NCBI GenBank assembly: GCA_030248215.1
Contig: JASANG010000957.1
Span: forward strand, 186,001-250,000
Direction: 5' to 3'
From: Enoplolaimus lenunculus
Lineage: Eukaryota
DNA length: 64,000 nucleotides
Positions 13,891 through 25,826 of this stretch are shown piece after piece. The position numbers and the translations under genes were made by a program. The notes under the pieces are model-generated. The model saw only the letters and a program-made list of their open reading frames with translations. It was not told where the DNA came from and did no database searches. Within the stretch, counting starts at the first letter, position 1, and each line of letters begins with the position of its first letter.

Positions 13891-14939
13891 AATTATGTGA
13901 CGGACCCTCAAAGTCAAAATAGCTCTCCGCCTCAGCGCTTATTAAAGCCTGTAGGACCACCGCTGGGGTGCCCGATCCACTCCACAAAGCCGGGCATATG
14001 AGGTACCCTGATCATATGAAAAACTCATCAAAATTGGACGAAACTTTTGAAAATAAAGTTTTCGCAAATAAAAAAAGTTTGGCTTTTTCCACCGTCGACA
14101 AAATCGTTTCAAGCCGAGCGAGCGACCTGCCAAATGCAATTTTAGCACTAAATCTTAATACAAAATTTGGGTTTGTGGCAGTCGGGTGCAAAAACGTTTC
14201 CTGGTTGCGACGATTTTCGATTCGTCTTTGACTCAGCGAGTTGAAGTCCGAACGCAAAACCAAGCCAATTATCACTACACAAAACGGGAAGTCAAATTGA
14301 CTCTCTCGCAAATAGGCTTTGCCTGACTACACAAACTGCGTCAAATTCGACTTCACCACAGTCGAAATCGATTCACTATGTCGCTCGTTTGACCCTGGCG
14401 GAGTAGAATTTGACTCAGTTTGTGTAGTCAAGAAAAGCCTATATACGACAGAGTCAATTTGACTCACCATTTTTAAAGTGTAGAATCAATACAGATTCGA
14501 GCCCTCCAAACTGTGGGGGGTACTGGGGGAAGGGGGGGTGGGGCTACGACGCCCTCTGGTCATCACATACTATTTGGCATGAAATAGGAGTGTTTTTGCA
14601 CCTTTACGAGCAAACGTGAGAAATCTCAAACTTCTACAGCGAAGCGAGCTAAAACCAGGCAAAATTGTTTTGAACAAAATTAAAAGTTTTATTAAAAATA
14701 TTTTAAAATTTGTTTTAAAGGGAACTTGTGGGTGAGGCAATATCCATTTAGGAAATGTGGGGGCCCAAAGCACGGCATAGGACAAACGATAGTGTCAGAA
14801 CCCAGAAATATCAAAAGGGTGCCGCCTGTCTCTCCCAGATATCCACCCTCATGAAAATTTTGCCATTATACGTGATATGTTTTAAAAATTAATAATAGCG
14901 CATGGAATTTTTGAGCCGCTGAATCCGGTAAACGGATAT

Positions 14940-15152
14940 GGTCCATGTAAAGATCAGGGGCTGAACGTTTTTCTGTGGGACTGCAATAGATTGCGCTTAA
15001 GATTTAGACTAATTTTTGGCTTGGCTTAGCTTTAGGCTTAGACTTAGGAATATGCTCATTCTTACGCTTTGGCTTAGGCTTAGGTTTAGACTTAGACTTA
15101 GGCTTAGGAATATGCTTATAATGATGTTCCGCCCTTGTTCTTTACATTGACC
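14940..15152 (+). mobile_element. Telomeric-repeat MITE family A
   Basis: Both TIRs and internal TTAGGC/AATATGCTCATTCTTACG units. Confidence 0.8.
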
Positions 15153-16236
15153 ACGGACAGTAAAAAAGTAACGGAAACGAAAAACGGATATTTTAGTGTA
15201 TGTATAATGTGTTAAACTTATTTTATTTTTCTATCAATACAATTGAAATATGCAAATATGTACCATGATTAGTTAAGATTTATAGAAACCTTAGCGAATT
15301 CACCCAAACCTCTTAAGAATGTGGATCAATTTTGTTATTTTTATTTCGAACGAAACAGTTGTAGTGTGACTGTGTTGAAAAACTGAGTTGAATTTTCAAT
15401 TAATATTCAAGTAAGCATAAGCATAACAGAATTTCCGGTATTTCTATAACAAAAATGAAACCAGACCCTTAACATTTTTGCCGGAACCGCGAAACGAACA
15501 CCGATTTTTAACGGAAACGGGAACAGGTATCCGGTTACACCCCGGTATGTTAAAATAAGTCGCATCGAAATCGTACTGTTTCTTTCAGTATTGGCCAGTG
15601 GTATAAGCATGTTTCAAAGCCTAAGCTTAAGCGTAAGAACAAGCTTATGCCTAAAGCCTATGCCTGTAATTTAAGCATAATCAAAAAGTTAAATTTAAAG
15701 CTTAGGCTTACTCTATTGCAATCTTGCAGAAAAACGTTCCGCACCTGATCTTTACATCGACTCGTCTATTGACATGAAATTTGGCCATCATTCCAGCATT
15801 AAAGTTCACTTTCGCGAATTGTTCACTTGCTTTAGCAGTCAGCTATACTAATCTGTATGATCGCACATAAGTCAAGCTTGATATGGAGATAAAACTCGCT
15901 AAAAACGTGACGAATCTTCTCTTTAATCATAATTTTTAAATTTTCTCTAAAGAATTAACGATAATTTTATCATAATTCAATTCTAAAAAAATATTTCATT
16001 TATACAAAATTAATAAAATACCAGAATTCTGACGGATTATTTGTATTTAAAGTTTTTTTATATTTTACAGTATAGTTTTTACACATTTAGCACAGTTTCC
16101 AAATGAATTAATAGCCAGTGGCAGATCGAAAACGGTCCAACATACCTGTAAGCATGTGAGACATGCTGTCCTAGTGCATATGCAATAAATGCAATGCACA
16201 TTGTGGTGTACGGTCGGCACATATAGTCGACGAAAA

Positions 16237-16341
16237 AGGCAGTTGGAGAGGCGGGCTGCGTAGCGCAGTGGTAGAGTGCTCGCTTAAGGAGCCATAGGCT
16301 GAAAGTTCGATCCCCGCTCAAGCCCGCTTTTCCAGCTGCTT
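16237..16341 (+). ncRNA. tRNA-derived (SINE-head-like) sequence inside a 21-bp stem; not a canonical tRNA
   Basis: Box A TAGCGCAGTGG, box B AGTTCGATCC, TTTT downstream; anticodon and T arms do not pair. Confidence 0.5.
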
Positions 16342-17616
16342 GGTAGAAAGGTCTGATGTCCTTGGTTCCTACCTAGACTGACAATACCTACGGTCAGCCC
16401 GTGACCTTTACATGTGCCAAATTTCCTGTAAAAATATTAACTGCCTATGTTTCGTTTGAAATGAGAATCGCTTGAAAGAATTCGCTAGTCCGTTTTTGAC
16501 TCAATCTAAATGTTCGCTTTTAGGAGCTGCTTGTTAAATTATTCTGTGTATACACTCAACGCGTTCGGGTCACAAGGATGTCAGCTAATATCGGGCTATT
16601 TTTCTCCGCACTGGCATTTCCCAAGGCTATTTTTTCCTAAGAGTATAGGGCACCTTACTGGGTATCTTTCTGCTGAAAGTAAACCATAATAGACCTTTCT
16701 GATGGGAAAATGCACGACGGAAATGTGCAACTATGAGACAATACTCATTCTCATATCAAGTTGACTCTGAGCACTAATGCACACTGTGAGCAACAATATA
16801 ACTACGCGTATGAGCAGTGCAAAATCTCTACAAGACGAGCTCCTAGAATAATGGCGATAGTAAACGCCGCCCAGCCTTGTCTGTGAAGTTTGAATCCTAA
16901 CATAATAGTAGGTCTCAGATTAAGCCTTAGCGTTTAAAAATGTTTTCCTAAGCATAAGCCTAAGCCTAAGCAAAAAGATGCCATCTAGAATTTAAACCTA
17001 CTCTTTTATAGGCCCACCGGAAACCTGGACGCCCCTTAAAGTAACATGCGCCAACATGCCCATGTACAAATAACGGGCGGAACGTTTTTCTGTGGGATTA
17101 GAATAAAAAAGCTTAAGCTAAAGACTCATTTTTTGCTTGGCTTAAGCTCAGGCTTAGACTAAGGAATAAACTTATTCTTGCGCTTAGGCTTTAGGCTTAA
17201 GGTTATGCTTCGGAATAAGCTTGTATTATATACTGTTCAGACCTTGTTCTTTACATAGGTCAACACGTGTAACTTTGTTTGTCTTTCTGAGCAATAAATG
17301 CGAGCCAAAATGGTGCCAGTTTTGTCGGTTTTCGCCTGGTCAACGTTTGCCTAAAAGTGGTCGGATTTCGAAAACTTTAGAACATTTCATTGTGCTTCTA
17401 TTAATTCGATATCCATCGATTCAATTTCAGAAATTGCTATTTTTGATAAATTGTTCGACTATGAAAATTTTGTTAATTTTTGAAACGTTTGTACCGAAGT
17501 AATCAAATTTGACCGTAATTTCTACCAATTTTTTGATATTTCAAATGATTTCTTGTATTTACGTAAATTTCTGCAAAGACAAATGCATTGTAGTTCATTT
17601 TTTCGAAACTTATTTC

Positions 17617-17830
17617 GGCCCCTGTATAGAACAGGGTCGAACAGTAGTATAAGCATATTCCTAAGCCTAAGAATAAGCCTAAGTCTAAGCCTAAGCGTAT
17701 AGATGAGCCTATTCCTAAGCCTAAGAATAAACCTAAGCCTGAGCCTAAGCAAAAAAAATAGTCTAAAGCTTAAACTGGCTCTATTATAGCCCCTCCGGAA
17801 AACGATTAGACCCTGTTCTGTACATGGACC
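17617..17830 (-). mobile_element. Telomeric-repeat MITE family B (also 10041-10240, 19360-19533, 36859-37063, 63148-63396)
   Basis: TIR GGCCC(A/C)TGTATAGAACAGGG; exact 8-bp TSD CTTATTTC; internal CCTAAG repeats. Confidence 0.85.
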
Positions 17831-18563
17831 CTTATTTCTATTTATGCATAGGTGTTACACTATTTAGAGAATACGGTTGCTAATCGTTAACTAATTGCTA
17901 AATTTGGCCCATGTAAAGATCAGAAGCGGAACATTTTTACCATGGGACTGCAATATAGTAAGCATAATCTTTAGACTATTTGTTTCGTTTAGGCTTTAGG
18001 TTTAGCTACAACTCATTCTTTACACTGATCCTCAGGTTTAAGATTAGGAATTTAATAGGGTACAACCGGAGGTCTGCCTCCGGCACCGACTCCGGTAGAA
18101 AATCGGCCTCCGGCTACGGTCGAATTTTTGCCGGAGGTTCCGGCAAGTTCGGTAGTACAATTTTGCATAATTTGGGAAAATTTATCTGTTTAGCGCGTTT
18201 CCCTTTACTTTTGTCACAATTTTCAGAAATTAATTTCCGAAATTTCGCAGAAAATTGACGTAAAACCAAATCAACTTAACAACATATTGCAGGTATTGGC
18301 TAAAAATAGCCATCATTTTTACTACCTAATTTCGCTTCACCTCCGGCTCTGGCTCCGGTATTTTTCACCTCCGGTTGAGCTCTGGGATTTACTTATAGTA
18401 CTACTACGGTCCTGTTCTTTACATTGTCCCTAAATCTTAACGGTCTTTATATCAATTTGTATAAATTGATTATCAGTGCCTGGTCCAGATTTTTCTCTTG
18501 GAAGATGATGCTATTCGTGTTCCGAAATTTCACAATTCTAGACCGCGTCTTTAGCAATTTTTT

Positions 18564-18729
18564 GACACATGCAAAGATCACAGGCGGAACGTTTTTCTGT
18601 GGAACTAGAATAGAGTAAGCTTAAGGTTTTGAGTAACTTTTTTGCTTGGCTTAGGCTTAGGCTTTGGCTTAGGCTTAGGCTTAGGAATATGCTTATAATA
18701 CTGTTCCGCCCTTGTTCTTTACATTGGTT
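18564..18729 (+). mobile_element. Telomeric-repeat MITE family A
   Basis: Family TIRs; exact 8-bp TSD AATTTTTT (18556-18563, 18730-18737). Confidence 0.85.
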
Positions 18730-19069
18730 AATTTTTTAATATTTTAAGATTGACCAATTGTGCCGAACGAGGAAATTATCGCTAGAAAAACGCATTGTGA
18801 GCTTCGAATGAACTATTTATATAGCAGTTTTTAGCGCAGGCGGGCCAGTGTGGGTACAGTGCAACTTCCTCCTGCGGATTCACTACTTACTGAGCCAAGC
18901 TTGGGTTGTTTAGGCAAACAAAGTCCACACCGTTTGTTTTTTTGCAAAAATTGACACTTTATTGAAATTTGAACATTTTAAGTATAAATTTAAAATTTAA
19001 AAAAGTGAACACATAAGTTTGAAAATTATGGATTTTGTATCTTCATTTTATGTTCTTCAGTCGTAAACT

Positions 19070-22000
19070 TTAGTATCCAGGGGCAGTGCGAGGCGCAGGA
19101 CAGTGTCCACAGTCGCCAACTGGTCCAATTCCACCGGGCTCTCCACGTCGGCCTGGTCGGCCGTGTTGTCCAGGGCGTCCAACACCTCCTGAAACAAATA
19201 TGCAACAATAAAATTGACATAAAACAAAGGGTTTTCTTTTGGATCTCATTGGAACAATAAATTTCTTACTGTAACGTTACCGTAATCCAAAAAAATTATT
19301 GGTGCCAGAAACGTTTGCTAATTTTGAGATTTTTAGTCATTTTGAGATATACAAGTACTGGCCCATGTATAGAACAGGGCCGGAACAGTAGTATAAGCGC
19401 ATTCCTAAGCCTAAGCTTAAGCCTAAGCGAAAGAATGAGTTTATTCCGAAGCCTAAGCTTAGGCCTAAGCGAAAGAATGAGTTTATTCCTAAGCCTAAGC
19501 CTAAGCAAACTGCCCTGTTCTATACCATGGGCTTAAATAATTAACTGGTACCCACACCTTTTACAAATTTAAAGTAATTTGAACGAGAGTTATGAACTTT
19601 GAACTTTCGATCTGTGAGAATCGTTTTCAACTTAAGTTCAAAGTTGAATGAAACCAGATGTTGAAATACAGCAACACATTCAATGTCCGGTTGGCAAAAA
19701 CTTACCAACTGATCCAACTTCACCCATAGGACCATAGCTGCCTTGAAGTCCATTTCGACCAGGATTGCCTGGTTGACCTAGGATGCCTTGGTTACCTGGC
19801 TCTCCACGCAGTCCAGCAGGACCGCCTCGATTGACGACATTGCCATTCGGTCCCTAAAATTTAACAAACATTCAAGCAATATTGAGGTAATAAAAAAATT
19901 TTCAGTAAAAAAATTTCATCAAATGGGACGTTCACAATCATTTTGTTAACAGTGCCACAAAATCTCTTATTAGGCTTCGGCTTAGGCTTAGGCTTAGGCT
20001 TAGGCTGAAGCTTAGGCGTAAGCTTAGGCTTAGGCTTAGGCTGAGGCTTAGGCGTAGGCTTAGGCTTAGGCTTAGGCCAATGCTATCACCAGGTCATTTT
20101 GCTGTTTAAAAATCACTATGTACAATAAAACACGGCAAATGTTTAAGATTACCATCAAACGGCAAATAAATTTTCGCAGTATTCAAAACTCACTCGTGGT
20201 CCTTTTGCTCCAGGCGCGCCAGACTCACCAGGTGCGCCAGATGATCCTGGTGGGCCTCGACTTCCTTGCCTGCCAGGCATGCCTTGTGGTCCGGGATCAC
20301 CTTTGGGACCAGGCGATCCTCCTGGTCTAAAATGGAACCACAAAAATCGAGTATACAATTCCTGAAAATTTTTTCTATTTTAAACGCGAAATGATTGTTC
20401 GTTCCATAGAAATTGGAATCTGTTATGATTTTATGTTGTTTTAGACGTAGTAGATCTAGCGGAAGTAACTCAATTTTAGTAACAATTAATGTTGCGAAAT
20501 GTATTTTTAGTACTAAATCTTAATATATGTAAAATTGTGTCCCTAAAAACAAACTTGAAATCGAACCTGTTGTCAAGTGGACAGACCACGGAGGCTCAGC
20601 CAGCCCCCCTGATAAAATTTCGCCATCCACGACAATTTTCAACTTTGCTTGTAAAAGTAACAAAAATTCTTGTATGCCCCTTTTGAAAAAATAATTTTAG
20701 CACTCGTAGCAAGGTGAGTTGTCTTCAGGTCTGTGGGAAATCGGGATTTCTATATTTATACTGCAAATTTACGGCATATCAAAGCTGTATGTTTTAAGAA
20801 AATCATTAGAACAGTTTTCAAACTGAAAAAATAGCAAAAATACTTACCCTTGCGGACCAGGCTGGCCAGGAGGTCCAGTTGGGCAATTCATGCATGGTTG
20901 CGGTGGTTTCTTTGGTTCATCGACGCCTCCGTCTTCTCCTGGATAGCCATCTTCGCCTTTTGGACCTTGATCACCGTCGCGACCATCTTGACCTGGTTCA
21001 CCTGGCGCACCGACGTCGCCTTGTTGGCATGGGCAACCTGAAAACAATAGAAATCGTCAGCATTTAGGCATTTACTATTACTGCTTATTGCGTAATAGGT
21101 TAAGCAGTATTACACTCGCAACTGCAGGATTTCGTGAGCTGAAAAACCTAATACTAACTGGTAATACGTGCCATACACATTTAAGAATATGGGCCCACGT
21201 ATGTAACCATGCGAACTTACAAGCACCAATTCCGATACCAAGTCCGCCACCAACGCCGCCACCACCGAATCCTCCTCCTGTTCCGCCAAATCCACCGGAG
21301 CCAACTCCAAAGCCACCACCTCCCGATCCTCCTCCGAGACCTCCTGTCCCACGGCCAAATCCTCCTGCACCTGTACCAGGTCGACCGAACCCCCCGCGAC
21401 CTGAACCGCCACCTCTTGCATACCCTTGGCTACCGCCACCGCCACCGCCACCGCCACCGCCACCGCCACCGCCACCGCCACCGCCACCATAGAATTGTCC
21501 AAACAGCCAAGCAGACCGCTCGACACGTGTGTTTTGGTCAATTGTTTCAGCGTCACTTTTTGCCGTATTGTCACCAAGATTGATCATTTCGTTATACATA
21601 TCACGTGAACGACTCTACAAAAACAACAACAACAATAAAATAATAATAATAATAATAATCATAATAATTATAATAAAAAAATTATAATAGTAAAGCAACG
21701 AACGGAATACACAAAAAACAATATAACAAACAAAACGCAATGACAGCAAAAATATACACAAGGACAAATAACAAAATGTAATAATGACCGATTTGCGGTG
21801 GAACCATGTATGTACAGAAATGCTACCAAACATTAAGGGTGAATATATGCTTAAACCCAGTGCCGGAGCAGGCAGGGGTGGCGGCTCCCCCCAAATTCCA
21901 GTATGGCTGCCCCCAAACTCGCGAGCGAAGCAAGCGATAAGCGAGACGCATTTTAAAACTTAAGCGGTTTTTGTTTCAACCGGTTAGGGTGGGGGCCCTT

Positions 22001-22500
22001 TAGGGGTATGGGCACCCCCAAATAGGGGGAATGGGTCTTTGCTGCTCCGGCCCTGCTTAAACCTATAAATAATAACCTCAATCTAAGCCTATACATAAGC
22101 CTAACCGAAGACTTTATTAGAAATAGTTGCAAACATTTAGAGCAAATTTAAGCCTAAAGTCTGTGAATCTAAATACTCAACCTAGAGCCTAATCCTAACC
22201 GTACGCTCTTAGACTATTACGCCCATATTTCGGGTACCAGTTGCGGTTGTGCGCGCAGTTGTTTCGCGAACGCGAAAAATTGTTTTGATTTGTGAACGAT
22301 TCCTGTAAATTGCAAAAAATTGCACTTACTCGGCAATACTCTGCTTCGCTCATAATGTGGGACTGCAATTGCTGAACATAATTGTACAGTAACGGCAGTG
22401 TCACAACTGAGCTAATTACTGCAGCTGTCGATATAACAACTGCAATAAATGCAGCGATCCGGATTCGGCGGTGATCACATTCATCCATTGTGTACTCCAT
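19070..22500 (-). CDS. Cuticle collagen, 6 exons (22500-22330, 21614-21221, 21037-20848, 20326-20194, 19853-19706, 19188-19070), ~384 aa
   Basis: Same architecture, with exon 3-6 lengths (190/133/148/119) identical to the 5.6-9.8 kb gene. RVER site, expanded poly-Gly, C-terminal [13 protein letters not shown]. Confidence 0.95.
19970..20077 (+). repeat. Interstitial telomeric array (TTAGGC)~18 in a collagen intron
   Basis: Near-perfect hexamers without the family A-C TIRs. Confidence 0.9.
21858..22055. mobile_element. GC-rich hAT-like MITE (second copy 38620-38819)
   Basis: CAGTGCCGGAGCAG...CTGCTCCGGCCCTG with exact 8-bp TSD CTTAAACC. Confidence 0.85.
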
Positions 22501-22920
22501 AATTGAACAATTAATCAACTTATAAGCTTATGTGATATCTAAAACATTACGGTGTAACCGGATGTGAAAATACCTGAAATTGGATGCAGAGCTCTACGAA
22601 ATGTACCGGTGGACAATTTACAGGTCAAACAAAATTTAAATGATTAAAATTTACTTAATATTCTCAAAATGTTAACAATTAATTTGTAAAATTTTACCAA
22701 AAAACATTGTTTTGATTATTTTTTTGAGAAATTTCGACGATTTATAATTTGAAAATTGTTGAACAATTTCCAGTCTCACTAAAACAACACATTTGCGATA
22801 CTAACTTCCTTTGTCTTTTATTCGGGTTACTACAGTAAATTATTCAAATCCGTTTAGAGTGCTTACATCCATTGAAATCGAAAAATACAACATAATAAAA
22901 CTTTAAATGCGGAAAATTTT

Positions 22921-23113
22921 GGCCAATGTAAAGAATAGGGGCGAAACAGTATTACAAGCGTATTCGTAAGCCTAAGCCTAAGCGTAAGAATAATTTTATT
23001 CCTAAAAGCCTAAATCCATGCATAAGCGAATCGAAAAAAATTCGTCTAAAGCTTAAGCTTACTCTATTGCAGTCCCACAAAAAACCGTTCCGCCCCTGAT
23101 CTATACAAGGGCC
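22921..23113 (-). mobile_element. Telomeric-repeat MITE family A
   Basis: Both TIRs; flanks AAAATTTT/CAAATTTT. Confidence 0.8.
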
Positions 23114-24917
23114 CAAATTTTTATAACAAAATCGAAAAAGAAATACTTTTAAATCAACCGATTATAAAGTTGATCACAAACTTGAAAACAAACAAAAATA
23201 TTGCAACAATTTTCAAAATCAGCGTCAGTTTTATAAACACTTTTGCCTGAAACAAACACCAAATTAATTAATAAAAACTCAATTAAATTTAATCGCTTGT
23301 TTTTGTAATAAATAAATTTTTTCCAACTTATAACCTAGTTTAAATCGCGTAAATTTTGGCTTTGTTTGCGCGTTGTTGGTTATCACCTAATGATAGTTTG
23401 TTGAGTAGTAACTGTTTGCCCAAATTTAAGATTTTCAAAATATTTCTTTTTGGTAAAACGTTGCTGGCTGTAAAAAACAAATGTTGTATAATATTTACAT
23501 TTTTCTTTGTTTTTTCTGTTTCCGTCAACTGTAAATATTAATTTAGTACGAATGTTTTTGCCTGAAAACTTTCAAGTTAAAATAATATTTACTTTCTCGT
23601 TCTCATAACAGTCATATTTGTTTTTTAATTCATTACAATAACGTGAACTTACTGTTGGTATTAGACAAAATTGTCTAAATGTTTTCAATTGTTACGATAT
23701 TTGGGGCTCGGATTCGTTGGGAAGTTTGCTAAAAAGGTGTATGAATTGCTTAAAATAGTAATTTCTGACCGAAATGATTTATTAATGGTAGAATTTTGGT
23801 TTTTGTGAAATAACCTTTGTGTGCTGATTTAAAATTTTGAAATTAAATACCGAATGCCTCAGAACACCCGTTAACTCCGTTTAAAATAATCTGTTTTTGC
23901 AGTATTATTTGTGTTTAGTATAATTTCTTTTTGTTTTAAGTCATTAGTCTATTTTACGCGTTTCTGCTGGTTTTCACCCACTCAATAATTGTGTGATTTG
24001 GCAAAAATTGCCTGAGAACGTAGGTAGTAGTGAAATTTTGAAATTTGTCTAACTTTTTTAATTATTAATTTGAAGTTTAAAACGATTATTATTACTTTTC
24101 AAAATTCGGTGAACTCTAAAATAGAAATATAGTGAAAGTCGATGTATACATTGATCAGTTTTCAAGGCGAATTTGTATGCATAAATGAGTACTGTTTGTA
24201 AAGTATTCTGAGAAGACAATGTCTGAATATATGTATATATGACACAAGTTAAACTGAATGTACACTGTAAATTTCAGTGGGTTGATTTTAACTCAGAACG
24301 AATTGAATCACTCAGTCTGAGTTACGACTATGAGAACTCAGAATATCGAGTTGATTCAATCCATTCTGATTTAACCAACCAACTCAAACAGAGTCAACTC
24401 AACTCAGAACGAAAATCAACTCAGAGTGAATTAATGTTTACTGATATTAATTTAGAAATTTAATCAACTCATTAGAATTTGCAATATAAATATCAAAGGG
24501 CAAAAGCCATATTAACTTGTAACCAATGTATTTGTCTCTATATAGTTTTGCGGGATACATCGAAATTGACAGAAAATTTTTTTATGAAAATCTGCCCTGA
24601 AAATTCCAGTGAGTTGATTTTAACCCAGAATGACTTGTCAGAAGCCTGATAACTGAATTAGGTCTTGCAGAACTCAAAATTTCAAATTGATTACCAACTC
24701 GCAAGCTGAATTGAATAATCAACTCATTGGAATTTACAGTGTGTACAGAAGCCGAGCCGAAAATACACATTGAACAACCAAGATGTATGTGGTGTATAAC
24801 TGAGGTTCTATAAAGGCTTAAGAATGTAAAAATCAGCAGCTGACCGGTCGGTTTATGGTTCATGGAATGGAAACCTTCGAAGAGCATGCCGCATTTCAGC
24901 TGTAAAAAACCAACTTA

Positions 24918-25326
24918 TGGGTCGTTCACAATAACGTGCGTACGCTGTGTGGATTTTTGAAACTTCAATTGACGGTTGCTCTCAACAAATTTTTATTTGT
25001 CGATAGTAGTCGTCAATTGAAATTAATTTTATACAATTTTTAATTTCAATTGACGGTTGCTATACTATTCTTAAACTAGCAACCGTCAACGAAACAAATT
25101 TCTGTACAGAAGCTGTCAACGCCCATTGACGGCTGCCCTCTTAATTTTGGTGCAAATCTTTAAATAAATTTAAGAGTTGCAAAATTTTAAACAGTAGCCG
25201 TCAACTGAAATTATAATTTTGATAGTAGGCGTCAACACAAACTCATTTTTGAAACTAGTAGTCGTCAACCGTCAATTGACGGTTCAAAAATCCACACAGC
25301 GTACGCACGTTATTGTGGACGACGCA
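24918..25326. mobile_element. Tourist/Harbinger-like MITE
   Basis: ~45-bp TIRs TG(G/C)GTCGT.CACAATAACGTGCGTACGCTGTGTGGATTTTTGAA, TTA TSD, internal TTGACGG motifs. Confidence 0.85.
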
Positions 25327-25477
25327 TTATTGCACGCGTCATTCACCATTAACTTTTCGAATTTTGGCATATGCAAACGCTTTTCGAGGTTTGAAAAGGC
25401 GTTTGTATTGGCGAAAAATCTGCGTTTTGACAGCCGCAAAAACGATATAAATAGCGTTTAATACATGCGCTATTTAG

Positions 25478-25826
25478 CAGGGTAAAACCCGAGGTGAAAA
25501 AAACCGGAGCTGTAGGCCGACGAAACTTGCCGGAGCCGGAGGTGAGGCAAAAATAGGTAAAAGTGATATAATAATTAATTTTAGCCATTATCTGCAATAT
25601 GAATACGTTGTTAAGTTTTTTGGTTTTATGCTAATTGTCTGCTAAATTTCGAACATTCTTTCCTGAATATTGTAACAAAAGTGAAACGAAACGCGCGAAA
25701 CAGATAAATTTTGCAAAATTATGCAAAATTTTAATACCGAAACTGCCGGAACCTCCGGCAAACATTCTACCGGAGCCAGAGGCTGATTTTCTGCCGAAGC
25801 CAGATGCAGACCTTTGGTTGTACCCT
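25478..25826. mobile_element. hAT-like MITE (CAGGGTG/TACAACCGGA family); also 4414-4751, 13076-13437, 18056-18384, 33160-33370, 51217-51295
   Basis: CAGGGT...ACCCTG termini, 8-bp TSD CTATTTAG/CTATTTAT, subterminal CCGGAG repeats. Confidence 0.8.

Noticed and set aside
16253..16326. Functional tRNA gene
   Set aside because: Anticodon and T stems do not pair; the same applies to the tRNA-like cores in the TTAA elements.
21088..21608. Pro-rich, His/Arg-rich and AT-repeat ORFs on +
   Set aside because: Antisense shadows of the Gly-rich collagen exon.
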